From Candidatus Magasanikiibacteriota bacterium (GTDB lineage: Bacteria > Patescibacteriota > Patescibacteriia > Magasanikbacterales > UBA922), in the NCBI GenBank assembly GCA_021648085.1, contig JAKITS010000001.1:132948-196947 (forward strand): a stretch of 64,000 nt of DNA. Direction: 5' to 3'. Below are positions 20,908 through 30,088 of this stretch, piece after piece. Within the stretch, counting starts at the first letter, position 1, and each line of letters starts with the position of its first letter. The translations under genes and the position numbers were made by a program. Under the pieces are notes generated by a model, which saw only the letters and a list, made by a program, of their open reading frames with translations, was not told the origin of the DNA and did not search any database.

Positions 20908-21927
20908 ATGAATAATAAAGAAAACCCAATTTTTGAAAAAAAGAATGTTTTAGTGACGGGCGGCGCGGGTTTTATTGGTTCACATTTGTGTGAACGACTC
21001 CTTAGAGAAGCTAAAGTTATTTGTGTTGATGATTTATCAAATTCCTCAATACAAAACATAGATCATTTGCTTCAATACCCAGATTTTGAATTTATTCGTT
21101 ATGATGTAAACAATCCAATCGATTTGGAACAGTTCGACGAACTGGATAAGTTTAAAGTTAAATTTCAAGGAATTCAAGAGATTTATCATTTGGCTTGCCC
21201 TACAAATGTAAAAGATTTTGAAAAATTGAAACTTCAAACTTTGTGGGCAAATTCTAGGGCAATGATTTCTACTCTAGATTTGGCTGTAAAACACAAAGCA
21301 AAATATGTTTTTGCTTCTAGCTCTGTAGTTTACGGTCCTGCCACAGACGAGAGGATTGTGTTCAAAGAAGATGAGGAGGGAATTGTAGATCATCTTTCCC
21401 CAAGAGCTTGTTATGACGAGGGAAAGCGTTTTGCAGAGACTTGTGTGGAAACTTATAGACAAGTACACGGTTTAGATGGTAAGATAGCTAGAATATTTAG
21501 AACATACGGACCTAGAATAAGGTTGCGAAGTGGGCTATTTATTTCAGATTTTATTTTGGATGCGTTGGAAGGAAGAGATTTGGAAATTTACGGTGGAGAG
21601 GAGAAGGCACAGACTCTTTGTTATGTTTCAGATGTTGTAGATGGGCTTGTTAGGCTTATGAAAAGCCCACAAGATTTGAGTGTTGTAAATTTAGGATCAG
21701 ACGCAATGTATAGGCTTGCAGATGTTGCAAATAAAATAATTGATCTTACAGAGTCAACTTCAAAAGTTGTATTTGAAGATGCTATGAAATTTATAAGTAG
21801 ACCTGGGGTTCCAGACCTGTCTTTGGCTCGTGAAAAATTGGGCTGGATTCCACTTGTTCGCGTTGAGGATGGTTTACAGAAAACAGTCGACTACACAATA
21901 GCAAATAAGGCTAGATTATCTCTATAG
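20908..21927 (+). CDS. UDP-glucuronate decarboxylase-like SDR enzyme
   Basis: TGGAGFIGSHL, IYHLACP, RACYDEGKR, RIFRTYGPR. Confidence 0.8.
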   Translation: MNNKENPIFEKKNVLVTGGAGFIGSHLCERLLREAKVICVDDLSNSSIQNIDHLLQYPDFEFIRYDVNNPIDLEQFDELDKFKVKFQGIQEIYHLACPTNVKDFEKLKLQTLWANSRAMISTLDLAVKHKAKYVFASSSVVYGPATDERIVFKEDEEGIVDHLSPRACYDEGKRFAETCVETYRQVHGLDGKIARIFRTYGPRIRLRSGLFISDFILDALEGRDLEIYGGEEKAQTLCYVSDVVDGLVRLMKSPQDLSVVNLGSDAMYRLADVANKIIDLTESTSKVVFEDAMKFISRPGVPDLSLAREKLGWIPLVRVEDGLQKTVDYTIANKARLSL

Positions 21928-21954
21928 GTTGTGAGTTTTCTTTAATTTGTTGAT

Positions 21955-22617
21955 ATGATAATAGCGATAGTACCAGCTTACAATGAAGAAAAAAATATAG
22001 GTTCCGTAGTTCAGGACCTTTTTGGAGTTGTGGATAAGGTTGTTGTAGTAGACGATGGATCTAAAGATAATACAACAGAAACAGCGCAAAAGGCAGGAGC
22101 AACTGTATTGAGTCATTTTATAAATCGTGGACAGGGTGCAGCACTTCAGACAGGTCATGATTTTGCAAAAAAGATTGGGGCAGAATTTGTAGTTCATTTT
22201 GATGGTGATGCACAGTTTGCGGCAGGGGACATTTTGACAGCACTAGAAAAAATAAAAAAATATAATGCAGATATTTTGTTTGGCTCTAGATTTTTAGAGA
22301 AAAAATCTAAAATTCCATTTGCAAAAAAGTATGTGGTTTTACCGTTGGCAAGAGTCGTTAGTATTTTTTTTGGAAGTGTAAAATTGTCGGATGCTCATAA
22401 TGGTTTTAGAATATTAAATAGAAACGCATTGGATAAAATTGTAATAACACAAGATAGAATGGCACACGCAACACAAATTCCAGCTTTGGTAAAAAAACAC
22501 AAATTAACCTTTGTGGAATATCCTGTAAATGTAATTTATAGAGAATATGGACAAAACTTTTTTTCAGGATTTAAAATAGTAGAAGATTTGTTTTTTGGTA
22601 AATTTTTAAATAAATAA
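21955..22617 (+). CDS. GT2 polyprenol-phosphate glycosyltransferase (DPM1-like)
   Basis: PAYNEE, VDDGS.D, NRGQGAAL, FDGD, GSRF, DAHNGFR. Confidence 0.88.
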   Translation: MIIAIVPAYNEEKNIGSVVQDLFGVVDKVVVVDDGSKDNTTETAQKAGATVLSHFINRGQGAALQTGHDFAKKIGAEFVVHFDGDAQFAAGDILTALEKIKKYNADILFGSRFLEKKSKIPFAKKYVVLPLARVVSIFFGSVKLSDAHNGFRILNRNALDKIVITQDRMAHATQIPALVKKHKLTFVEYPVNVIYREYGQNFFSGFKIVEDLFFGKFLNK

Positions 22618-22632
22618 TATGATAATTATTTT

Positions 22633-22920
22633 GTCATTCCTTGCTTAATTAGGAATTTATGAGTCTTTAGTCATAAAATAGGAAGTGGATCCACAGTCAG
22701 GCTAAAAATGGCAAATTAGAAAGTTCTAAACTTAATTCTTATATCTTTTCCATCACGTCATCCTGAGCGAAGCCGAAGGATCTCGATTTAAGATCATTAA
22801 AACACAAAATATTCATAGTTCTAATGAAATTAAATCGAGATATTTCGACTCCACTGCGTTCCGCTCAATATGACGTGAGCTTTGATTTTCAACTCCGTTT
22901 CACCCCGCTCAATATGACGT
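22633..22920. repeat. Composite REP cassette (degenerate family B pair plus three family A units)
   Basis: GTCATCCTGAGCGAAGCCGAAGGATCTCG facing CGAGATATTTCGAC...CGCTCAATATGAC; flanked by 13-bp direct repeat TAATATGATAATT. Confidence 0.8.
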
Positions 22921-22947
22921 ATAATCCATACTTAATACTTTCGTAAT

Positions 22948-23286
22948 ATGATAATTTTATTTCAAATTTTATTTGTACTTTTTTCTATGTTTGCTGTTTT
23001 TGCTGTGTGGAAAAAGAAGGAAAAAGGACTTTTAGGACCAAAAGGAGTGTTTTTTTGGACATCTTTTTGGTTGCTCGCTGTGGTGGCAGTAGTTTGGCCT
23101 GAAAGCACCAGTATTTTAGCCTCAAAATTTGGAATAGGAAGGGGTGTTGATTTAGTTTTTTATTTTGCTTTTGTAATACTTTTTTATATTATTTTTCGTT
23201 TGCATATAAAAATTGAGTCTGTTGGCAGGGATATTACAAAGATTGTTCGCAAAAATGCAATTAATAGTAAACATAGTTCAAAATAA
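22948..23286 (+). CDS. DUF2304 family small membrane protein
   Basis: Three TM helices, FGIGRGVDLV, ITKIVR; usual partner of DPM-like GT2. Confidence 0.85.
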   Translation: MIILFQILFVLFSMFAVFAVWKKKEKGLLGPKGVFFWTSFWLLAVVAVVWPESTSILASKFGIGRGVDLVFYFAFVILFYIIFRLHIKIESVGRDITKIVRKNAINSKHSSK

Positions 23287-23290
23287 TTTT

Positions 23291-24415
23291 ATGAAGATTG
23301 CTCAAATTATTTGTACTTATCCCCCTTATCGTGGTGGAATGGGTAATTCTGTTTTTGAGGCTTCAAAATATCTAAGAAAGTTGGGGAATGAAGTGGAGGT
23401 TTTTACACCATTTTACACTGAAAATGAAATTAAACTTCCAAATGTAAATTATGAAAAACCGATATTTTCTTTTGGAAAAGCTGCAAGAATAAAAAAGTTT
23501 TTAGATGGGTTAACTAATTTTGATATTGTACATTTACATTATCCATTTTTTGGTACAGCTAGTTTGGTCGCAAAATGGAAAAAAGAAAATCCAAAAATTC
23601 CACTCGTGATTACTTATCATATGGACGCCACAGCAAGTGGGTGGAAAGGTTTAATTTTCAAACTTTACTCAAAAATTTTAATGCCAAAAATTTTAAATTC
23701 CGCAGATGCTTTAATTGCATCTACTTTTGATTTTGTTGAAAATAGTCAAGCAAAAAATATACACAAAAAAACAAAAGAAAAATGGCATGAAGTCCCTTTT
23801 GGTGTGGATATCGAAAGGTTTAAAATAAGAGAAAAAGACGAAAAACTTTTTGAAAAATATAATTTGGATAAAAACAAAAAAACTATTTTGTTTGTTGGTG
23901 GAATGGACAAAGGTCATCATTTCAAAGGGGTTCCAGTTTTGCTAGAAGCACTCAAAAAACTTCAAACGAATAATTGGCAGTGTATTTTAGTAGGAGAAGG
24001 TGATTTAAGAGAGGGGTTTATAAAATTAACAAATAAATTAGGTTTAAACGAAAAAGTAAAATTTGTAGGAAATGTATCTGAAGAATTGTTACCAAAATAT
24101 TACAATTTGGCTGATTTGTTTGTGTTACCTTCAGTAAGTAGTGCTGAGGCTTTTGGTATTGTTTTGCTAGAAGCTATGGCAAGTAGTGTTCCTGTGGTTG
24201 CCACAAATTTACCAGGAGTTAGAAAAATAGCCCGAAAAGGTGGGGAAGTGGCAGAAATAAATAATTCAGAAGATTTAATTATTAAAATAGAAAGTGTTTT
24301 AGAAAGATATGAGCATAAAAATTTAAAAATAAAACTTCAAGAAATAATTAAAAAAGAATATTCTTGGGAAATCTCAGTTTGTAAGTTGTTAAAAATATAC
24401 AAAAAACTAATCTAA
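23291..24415 (+). CDS. Glycosyltransferase family 4
   Basis: MKIAQI..YPPYRGG, KGVPVL, EAFGIVLLEAMA; ATG at 23291. Confidence 0.9.
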   Translation: MKIAQIICTYPPYRGGMGNSVFEASKYLRKLGNEVEVFTPFYTENEIKLPNVNYEKPIFSFGKAARIKKFLDGLTNFDIVHLHYPFFGTASLVAKWKKENPKIPLVITYHMDATASGWKGLIFKLYSKILMPKILNSADALIASTFDFVENSQAKNIHKKTKEKWHEVPFGVDIERFKIREKDEKLFEKYNLDKNKKTILFVGGMDKGHHFKGVPVLLEALKKLQTNNWQCILVGEGDLREGFIKLTNKLGLNEKVKFVGNVSEELLPKYYNLADLFVLPSVSSAEAFGIVLLEAMASSVPVVATNLPGVRKIARKGGEVAEINNSEDLIIKIESVLERYEHKNLKIKLQEIIKKEYSWEISVCKLLKIYKKLI

Positions 24416-24476
24416 AACATTGGGGTGAAAAGTCAAATTGTGGTATAATCTATATATAATTTTTTACAATAAAAAT

Positions 24477-24806
24477 ATGGGTAGATTTAAAAAAGGTTTA
24501 TTTTTGGGTGCTTTGTTTGGTGCTGGAATGTCGCTGTTAAACACAACTAAAAAAGGTAATAAGATAAAAAAGAATATAAAAGAAACATCCGAAGAGATTT
24601 TTGTGCAAGTTAAAAAAGAGATAAAAGATAGTGGACTTGCAGGAAAAATTACAGATAGTAAGTACGCAAAAATCGCAGAAAAAAAAGTAAAAGCATATAC
24701 AAAGAAAAATCCTTGGGCAAAAACAATGTCGAATTCAATTGTAAAAACATTAAAAGCAAAACACGCAAAATGTAAAAAGAATTGCTGTAAAACATCTAAA
24801 AAATAG
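24477..24806 (+). CDS. YtxH-like small basic protein
   Basis: FKKGLFLGALFGAG...TTKKG N-terminal pattern; ATG at 24477. Confidence 0.6.
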   Translation: MGRFKKGLFLGALFGAGMSLLNTTKKGNKIKKNIKETSEEIFVQVKKEIKDSGLAGKITDSKYAKIAEKKVKAYTKKNPWAKTMSNSIVKTLKAKHAKCKKNCCKTSKK

Positions 24807-24812
24807 TTTGTT

Positions 24813-25847
24813 ATGAAGAGCTTGAGTTCATATTTTCAAACGGTTCTCAAAAAAAATGCATCAGACCTTCATCTTATTGCTGGCAAAAAACCAAGTATGC
24901 GTTTGGAGGGTAAATTGATTCATTTAAGTGAGAAAAAACTTCATCCAAAAGTTTTGAAAAAAGCTATCTTTTCTATTTTATCACCATCTCAAATAAAAAA
25001 GTTCAAAAGAACTTATGATTTGGATTTTAGCTATTCTATTAAAAACGGTAGATTTCGTATAAACTTGCACAAAAGTTTGAGCGGTTTGGGTTTGAGCGCT
25101 AGATATATTCCAAATTCTATTCCAAGTATAAAAGAGTTAAGGTTTGAGCCTTATTTAAAAGAAGCAACAAAATTGCTAGATGGTTTGGTGTTGGTGACAG
25201 GACCTACTGGTTCTGGAAAATCTACTACAATTTCTGCAATGATAGAACAAATAAACAAAACAAGAAAAGCACATATTATTACAATTGAAGATCCTATAGA
25301 ATTTGTTTTTAAAGATGATAAAAGTATAATAGAACAAAGAGAGGTTGGAGCAGATACGCCTTCTTTTGCGTCTGCTTTGAAACATGTTTTAAGACAAGAT
25401 CCAAATATTATAGTAGTTGGGGAGATGAGAGATCCAGAGACCATTGCAACAGTTTTGACAGCTGCAGAAACAGGACATCTTGTTTTTTCCACACTACATA
25501 CCCCAAGTGCCGCTGAGGCTGTAGAGCGTATTGTAGATGTGTTTGAGGGTGCAAAACAAAAGCAGATTTTGATTCAGTTTAGCTCTGTTTTGAGAGGTGT
25601 GATTTCTCAACAGCTAATTCCAGGGAAGAGTGGTAAGCGTGTAGCAGCAAGAGAAATTTTAGTAAATACACCAGCAGTTTCTAATTTAATTAGAGAAAAT
25701 AATATCTCACAACTTTATAGTTCTATTCAAACAGGTGGACGACACAAGATGATAAGTATGCGCAATTCTGTAAAGAAACTTTTAAAAGAAAAATTAATAA
25801 CAAAAGATATCGCTGAAAGGAGGGTTGGTAGATCTCGTAAGGTGTAA
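24813..25847 (+). CDS. pilT: Type IV pilus retraction ATPase PilT family
   Basis: ASDLHL, GPTGSGKSTT, TIEDPIE, LRQDP, GEMRD, AETGHLV.STLHT. Confidence 0.93.
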   Translation: MKSLSSYFQTVLKKNASDLHLIAGKKPSMRLEGKLIHLSEKKLHPKVLKKAIFSILSPSQIKKFKRTYDLDFSYSIKNGRFRINLHKSLSGLGLSARYIPNSIPSIKELRFEPYLKEATKLLDGLVLVTGPTGSGKSTTISAMIEQINKTRKAHIITIEDPIEFVFKDDKSIIEQREVGADTPSFASALKHVLRQDPNIIVVGEMRDPETIATVLTAAETGHLVFSTLHTPSAAEAVERIVDVFEGAKQKQILIQFSSVLRGVISQQLIPGKSGKRVAAREILVNTPAVSNLIRENNISQLYSSIQTGGRHKMISMRNSVKKLLKEKLITKDIAERRVGRSRKV

Positions 25848-25852
25848 TAAGT

Positions 25853-27628
25853 GTGAATTTGTATTATTCCAAAAATAGTTTAAATAAAAAAAAGGGGGAT
25901 CGTAGTGATCCTCGTGTTCATATCGCAGCTTCAATGATTATTGTTGTTGCTTTTTTGATTATAACAAAATTATTTATTTTGATGGTTTGGCAAGGTCAGT
26001 TTTACAAAGCTATGGCCGCAGGCTCTCACGAAGTATTTGCACAATTATTTCCAAAAAGAGGGATTGTTTTTATACAAGACACAAGAACAAGTGAAAAATA
26101 TCCACTAGCTTTAAATCGTGACTTTTTTCTTTTGTTTGCAGACACAAGACTTATTGAAAATCAGGATGATATTGAAAATATAATAGAAAAACTTTCTGAT
26201 ATTTTTGAATATGAAGATGAAAAAAAAGATGAAATAAGACTACAACTAAGTAAAAAAGATGACCCATACGAACCAATAGAGAAAAAGGTAGATGAGAAAA
26301 CAAAAGAAATAATAGATGCTTTAGAACTACCAGGAATTGCTTTTATTCGAAGCTCACACAGATTTTATCCAGAAGAAAATCTCGGTGCACATATTATTGG
26401 TTTTTTGGGTAAAGATAGTGGTGGAAATAGTGTTGGGAGGTATGGCGTGGAAGGGTATTGGGATAAGGAATTGTCTGGAAGCGGTGGTTTTTATGAGGGT
26501 TTGAAAAGTGCCGTTGGAAATAGGATAGCTTTTGGAGATGTAAAATTTGAGCCAGCTCGAGATGGTGCGAACATTACACTCACAATAGACAGAACAATCC
26601 AGTTTCAAACCTGCAAGATACTGCAAGAAGCTATGGAAGAGTACGAAGCACAGTCTGCAACAGCAATAGTAATGGATCCAAACACAGGAGCAATTAGAGC
26701 AATGTGTAGTTTGCCAGATTTTAATCCAAATAATTATGGAAGTGTAAAGTCCGTAAGTGTCTTCAATAATTCTGCAATTTTTACTCCATACGAGCCAGGC
26801 TCTATTTTTAAACCAATTGTGATGGCGGCAGCAATAAACGAAAGTGTTTTAACGCCACAAACATATTTTTATGATACTGGTGTAAAAGAGGGTGTTTGTG
26901 ATACACCAATAAAAAATGCAGAAGGGAGAATTTACGAGGATCAAAATATGATTGGAGTTTTGGAAAATTCTATAAATACGGGTATGGTTTTTGTGGTAGA
27001 AAGATTGGGAAAAGAAAACCTACGAACATATATAGAAAATTTTGGTTTTGGTGCAAAAAATGGTCTTAAATTAGATACAGAAGTTGGTGGTACTTTAGAA
27101 TCACTAAGTAGAAATAAATCGAATAAGGTAGGTTGTTATACTGCCACAGCGTCTTTTGGGCAGGGTATAACAGCTACACCACTTCAAATGACAAGTGCTT
27201 TTGGTTCTTTGGCAAATGGCGGTCTTTTTTTAAGACCTTATGTGGTTGAAGAAATTGATTATTCAAATGGCAAAATAGAAAAAACAAAAACTAAAGAAAT
27301 TAGAAGGGTTATCTCTGGTAGCTCTTCATCTTTAATTTCTGGAATGCTTGTAAATGTGGTGGATAATGGTCAGGCTGGCGGAGCAAAAGTATCTGGATTT
27401 TATGTGGCTGGCAAAACAGGTACAGCTCAAATTTCAGGCATAGGTGGTTATACAGATGAGACAAACCATTCTTTTGTTGGGTATGCTCCAATAGACGATC
27501 CACAGTTTGTGTTATTTATAAAATTTGAAAAACCACAGCGTTCATATTCTTCTATGACGGCAGCACCAACTTTTGGTAAAATAGCAAAATTTATTTTAGA
27601 ATATTATGGAGTGCCTCCATCGAGATAA
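25853..27628 (+). CDS. ftsI: Class B penicillin-binding protein (FtsI/PBP2 type)
   Basis: N-terminal TM; SIFK (SxxK), SIN (SxN), KTGTAQ; EPGS, FGQG. Confidence 0.85.
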   Translation: MNLYYSKNSLNKKKGDRSDPRVHIAASMIIVVAFLIITKLFILMVWQGQFYKAMAAGSHEVFAQLFPKRGIVFIQDTRTSEKYPLALNRDFFLLFADTRLIENQDDIENIIEKLSDIFEYEDEKKDEIRLQLSKKDDPYEPIEKKVDEKTKEIIDALELPGIAFIRSSHRFYPEENLGAHIIGFLGKDSGGNSVGRYGVEGYWDKELSGSGGFYEGLKSAVGNRIAFGDVKFEPARDGANITLTIDRTIQFQTCKILQEAMEEYEAQSATAIVMDPNTGAIRAMCSLPDFNPNNYGSVKSVSVFNNSAIFTPYEPGSIFKPIVMAAAINESVLTPQTYFYDTGVKEGVCDTPIKNAEGRIYEDQNMIGVLENSINTGMVFVVERLGKENLRTYIENFGFGAKNGLKLDTEVGGTLESLSRNKSNKVGCYTATASFGQGITATPLQMTSAFGSLANGGLFLRPYVVEEIDYSNGKIEKTKTKEIRRVISGSSSSLISGMLVNVVDNGQAGGAKVSGFYVAGKTGTAQISGIGGYTDETNHSFVGYAPIDDPQFVLFIKFEKPQRSYSSMTAAPTFGKIAKFILEYYGVPPSR

Positions 27629-27633
27629 TAATA

Positions 27634-27662
27634 TTGACATTTTATTGGTTTTCTTATATAAT
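27634..27662 (+). promoter_or_regulatory. Sigma70 promoter of the tRNA pair
   Basis: TTGACA-17 bp-TATAAT exact consensus upstream of tRNA-Glu. Confidence 0.8.
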
Positions 27663-27694
27663 GGGACTATTGTTAGATATAATTTATACAATTT

Positions 27695-27766
27695 GGCCTA
27701 TTCGTCTAGTGGTTAGGACGCCGGGTTCTCATCCCGGTAAGAGGGGTTCGATTCCCCTATAGGCTA
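27695..27766 (+). tRNA. tRNA-Glu(CTC)
   Basis: Cloverleaf GGCCTAT/ATAGGCT, anticodon arm CCGGG-TT-CTC-AT-CCCGG, GGTTCGATTCC; CCA not encoded. Confidence 0.95.
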
Positions 27767-27796
27767 CATATAGATCTATTTAAAAATAAATCTAAT

Positions 27797-27870
27797 GGCT
27801 GGGTAGCTCAGTTGGTAAGAGCGCAGGATTCATAACCCTGAGGTCGGGAGTTCGACTCTCCCCCCAGTCA
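27797..27870 (+). tRNA. tRNA-Met(CAT), elongator type (Ile2 not excluded)
   Basis: GGCTGGG/CCCAGTC acceptor with G1-C72, TAGCTCAGTTGG D arm, CAT anticodon, TTCGA T loop; CCA not encoded. Confidence 0.92.
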
Positions 27871-27914
27871 CAGAGGAAAGCAAATTAGGCAGAATAAGCA
27901 GATTAAGTAAGTAC

Positions 27915-27960
27915 AAAAACAAAAAAACTCCATTTGGAGTTTTTTTTGTTTTAAGTTTTT
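27915..27960. terminator. Intrinsic terminator after the tRNAs; left copy of the island-flanking direct repeat
   Basis: AAAACAAAAAAACTCC-attt-GGAGTTTTTTTTGTTTT. Confidence 0.8.
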
Positions 27961-28078
27961 ACTTAACTACGTAGTAGTCTTAGTTCTTAACCTCGGAGAG
28001 GTCTTGTATAGTGGGTTGCATTATAGCAATAAATCAGAATACATTATATAATATATAGTATTGATAAAATGCAATCTT

Positions 28079-28136
28079 ATGAAAAATAATGTTGTACAAA
28101 AATTTGGGAGTTGAGATTGTAGATTTAATAAAATAA
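28079..28136 (+). pseudogene. Internally deleted XRE-HTH (controller-like) relic
   Basis: MKNNVVQKFG joined out of frame to GVEIVDLIK*; upstream inverted repeat TTGCATTATAGCAAT...ATTGATAAAATGCAA. Confidence 0.45.
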
Positions 28137-28138
28137 AT

Positions 28139-29161
28139 ATGATAAAAGACAAACCAAACAATAAAATAATTATATATACGGCTGACGGCGGTAATCCAAC
28201 AATTAATGTTCGTATCGAAGGAAAAACTGTATGGCTTTCACAAATTCAATTGGCTGAACTTTTTGGAACATCAAAAGCAAATATTAGCTTACATATTAAA
28301 AATATCTTTGAAGAAGGTGAATTAAGTAAAGAACCAACTGTTAAGGAATACTTAACAGTTCAAAAAGAAGGAGATAGAGATGTTTCTCGTCATATAGAAT
28401 ATTATAATCTAGACCTCATAATATCTCTTGGTTATCGGGTAAAGTCGCAAATCGCAACTCACTTTCGAAAATGGACAACAGAACGTCTTAGTGAGTATCT
28501 CGTAAAAGGTTTTACCATGGACGACGAACGACTCAAAGGTATGGGTGGAGGAAGCTTTTGGAAAGAATTACTAGATCGTATTCGTGATATCCGAAGCAGT
28601 GAAAAGGTGCTGTACCGCCAAGTGTTGGATTTGTATGCGACTAGTGTTGATTATGACCCAAATAGCTCTGAATCAATCAAGTTTTTCAAAATAGTACAAA
28701 ACAAACTTCATTATGCCACAAACAAAAATACTGCAGCTGAAACTATTTTTACACGCGCGGATGCCGAAAAAGATTTTATGGGTTTGAAAACATTTGCAGG
28801 TATATTACCAATATTGTCAGAAGTTGGGGTTGCCAAAAACTATCTTACCGAAGACGAGTTGTTTATATTAAACCGTATGGTTTCGGCTTTCTTTGATTTG
28901 GCAGAAATAAAAGCAAAAGAACAGAAAAAAATGTATATGGCAGACTGGGTGGCAGAGTTGGATAAATTTGCTGAAAATTATGGAAAGGGTGTTTTGAAAG
29001 ATGCAGGAAAAATAAGCCATAAACAAGCAGTAAAAAAAGCTCAAAAAGAATACAGACAATTTCAAGCTAAAACATTATCACCAGTTGAGGAGGCGTATTT
29101 GAAAAATATCAAAAACATACAAAAAGAGGTTGAACAAAAAACCAAGTCTTCTAAAAAATAA
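28139..29161 (+). CDS. Virulence RhuM family DNA-binding protein
   Basis: VWLSQIQLAELF, YNLDLIISLGYRVKS, FTMDDERLK, IRDIRSSEK, VQNKLHYA. Confidence 0.9.
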   Translation: MIKDKPNNKIIIYTADGGNPTINVRIEGKTVWLSQIQLAELFGTSKANISLHIKNIFEEGELSKEPTVKEYLTVQKEGDRDVSRHIEYYNLDLIISLGYRVKSQIATHFRKWTTERLSEYLVKGFTMDDERLKGMGGGSFWKELLDRIRDIRSSEKVLYRQVLDLYATSVDYDPNSSESIKFFKIVQNKLHYATNKNTAAETIFTRADAEKDFMGLKTFAGILPILSEVGVAKNYLTEDELFILNRMVSAFFDLAEIKAKEQKKMYMADWVAELDKFAENYGKGVLKDAGKISHKQAVKKAQKEYRQFQAKTLSPVEEAYLKNIKNIQKEVEQKTKSSKK

Positions 29162-29162
29162 T

Positions 29163-29273
29163 ATGGAAAAATTAAAAGTAAATTTAGAATCAGGGAAACA
29201 AAATCCAACATTTGAAATAATTGCGAAAATTGTTGAAGAGTTGGGGGTTGAGATTGGAGATTTAATGAAATAA
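29163..29273 (+). pseudogene. C-terminal half of an XRE-HTH protein (36 aa relic)
   Basis: ...LESGKQNPTFEIIAKIVEELGVEIGDLMK* matches the XRE C-terminal pattern; N-terminal helices missing. Confidence 0.55.
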
Positions 29274-29278
29274 TTATT

Positions 29279-29362
29279 ATGATAAATTCAAAATAGGCAA
29301 AATCAAGAATAAAAATAAATAAACTCCTTGAAGAGTCAGGTTGGAGTTTTTTTGTTTTCTAA
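29279..29362 (+). pseudogene. N-terminal relic of a type I restriction HsdR subunit
   Basis: MINSK*AKSRIKINKLLEESGWSFF resembles HsdR starts (E..AR..I.KLL..AGW); internal TAG and truncation. Confidence 0.55.
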
Positions 29363-29439
29363 GATATTTTGTATTTTTGTAGTTTTTTGCTACCATAATA
29401 ATATATTGTTGAAATAATAAGAAATGTTTAGAATATGGT

Positions 29440-30087
29440 ATGAGAATTAAAAATAAATTAAAAATTGAGCGTCCTAGGGAGAAAATGAAAAAATACGGCC
29501 CTGAAAAACTAAAAGATGAAGAGCTTTTGGCAATTTTATTACGCACTGGTACGAAAAAAATGGATGTAATTAAATTAGCTCAAAAGATATTACGTGATTT
29601 TAAAGATGAGAAAATTCTTGATGTAACTATTGTTGATTTGCAGAAAATTCATGGTTTAGGTTTAGCAAAAGCATGTGAAATCGTGGCATGTTTTGAGCTT
29701 GGACGTAGAAAATTACAAGGAAAGAAAACAAATATTTTACTTACACCAAAAGATGTCTGGGAAGCAATGGTAGATATTCGTAATAGTAAAAAAGAACATT
29801 TTGTTGTTTTTTATCTTAATAGCAGAAGTCAAGAAATCAAACGAGAGATTGTTTCGATAGGTACAATAAATGCGAGTCTTGTCCATCCACGGGAAGTTTT
29901 TGAGAGTGCAATTAAAAACAATGCTTCATCAATAATTCTTGCTCATAATCACCCATCTGGAGATCTTGAACCGTCACAAGATGATATAGAAATTACAAAA
30001 AAACTTGTTTATGCAGGAAAAATTTTGGATATTCAAGTGGTTGATCATGTAATAGTATCTAATAAAGAATTTAAGAGTTTTATATAA
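29440..30087 (+). CDS. radC: RadC/JAB-domain protein (UPF0758)
   Basis: RPREK, ELLAILLRTG, VHPREVF, AHNHPSGD, DHVI. Confidence 0.93.
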   Translation: MRIKNKLKIERPREKMKKYGPEKLKDEELLAILLRTGTKKMDVIKLAQKILRDFKDEKILDVTIVDLQKIHGLGLAKACEIVACFELGRRKLQGKKTNILLTPKDVWEAMVDIRNSKKEHFVVFYLNSRSQEIKREIVSIGTINASLVHPREVFESAIKNNASSIILAHNHPSGDLEPSQDDIEITKKLVYAGKILDIQVVDHVIVSNKEFKSFI

Positions 30088-30088
30088 A

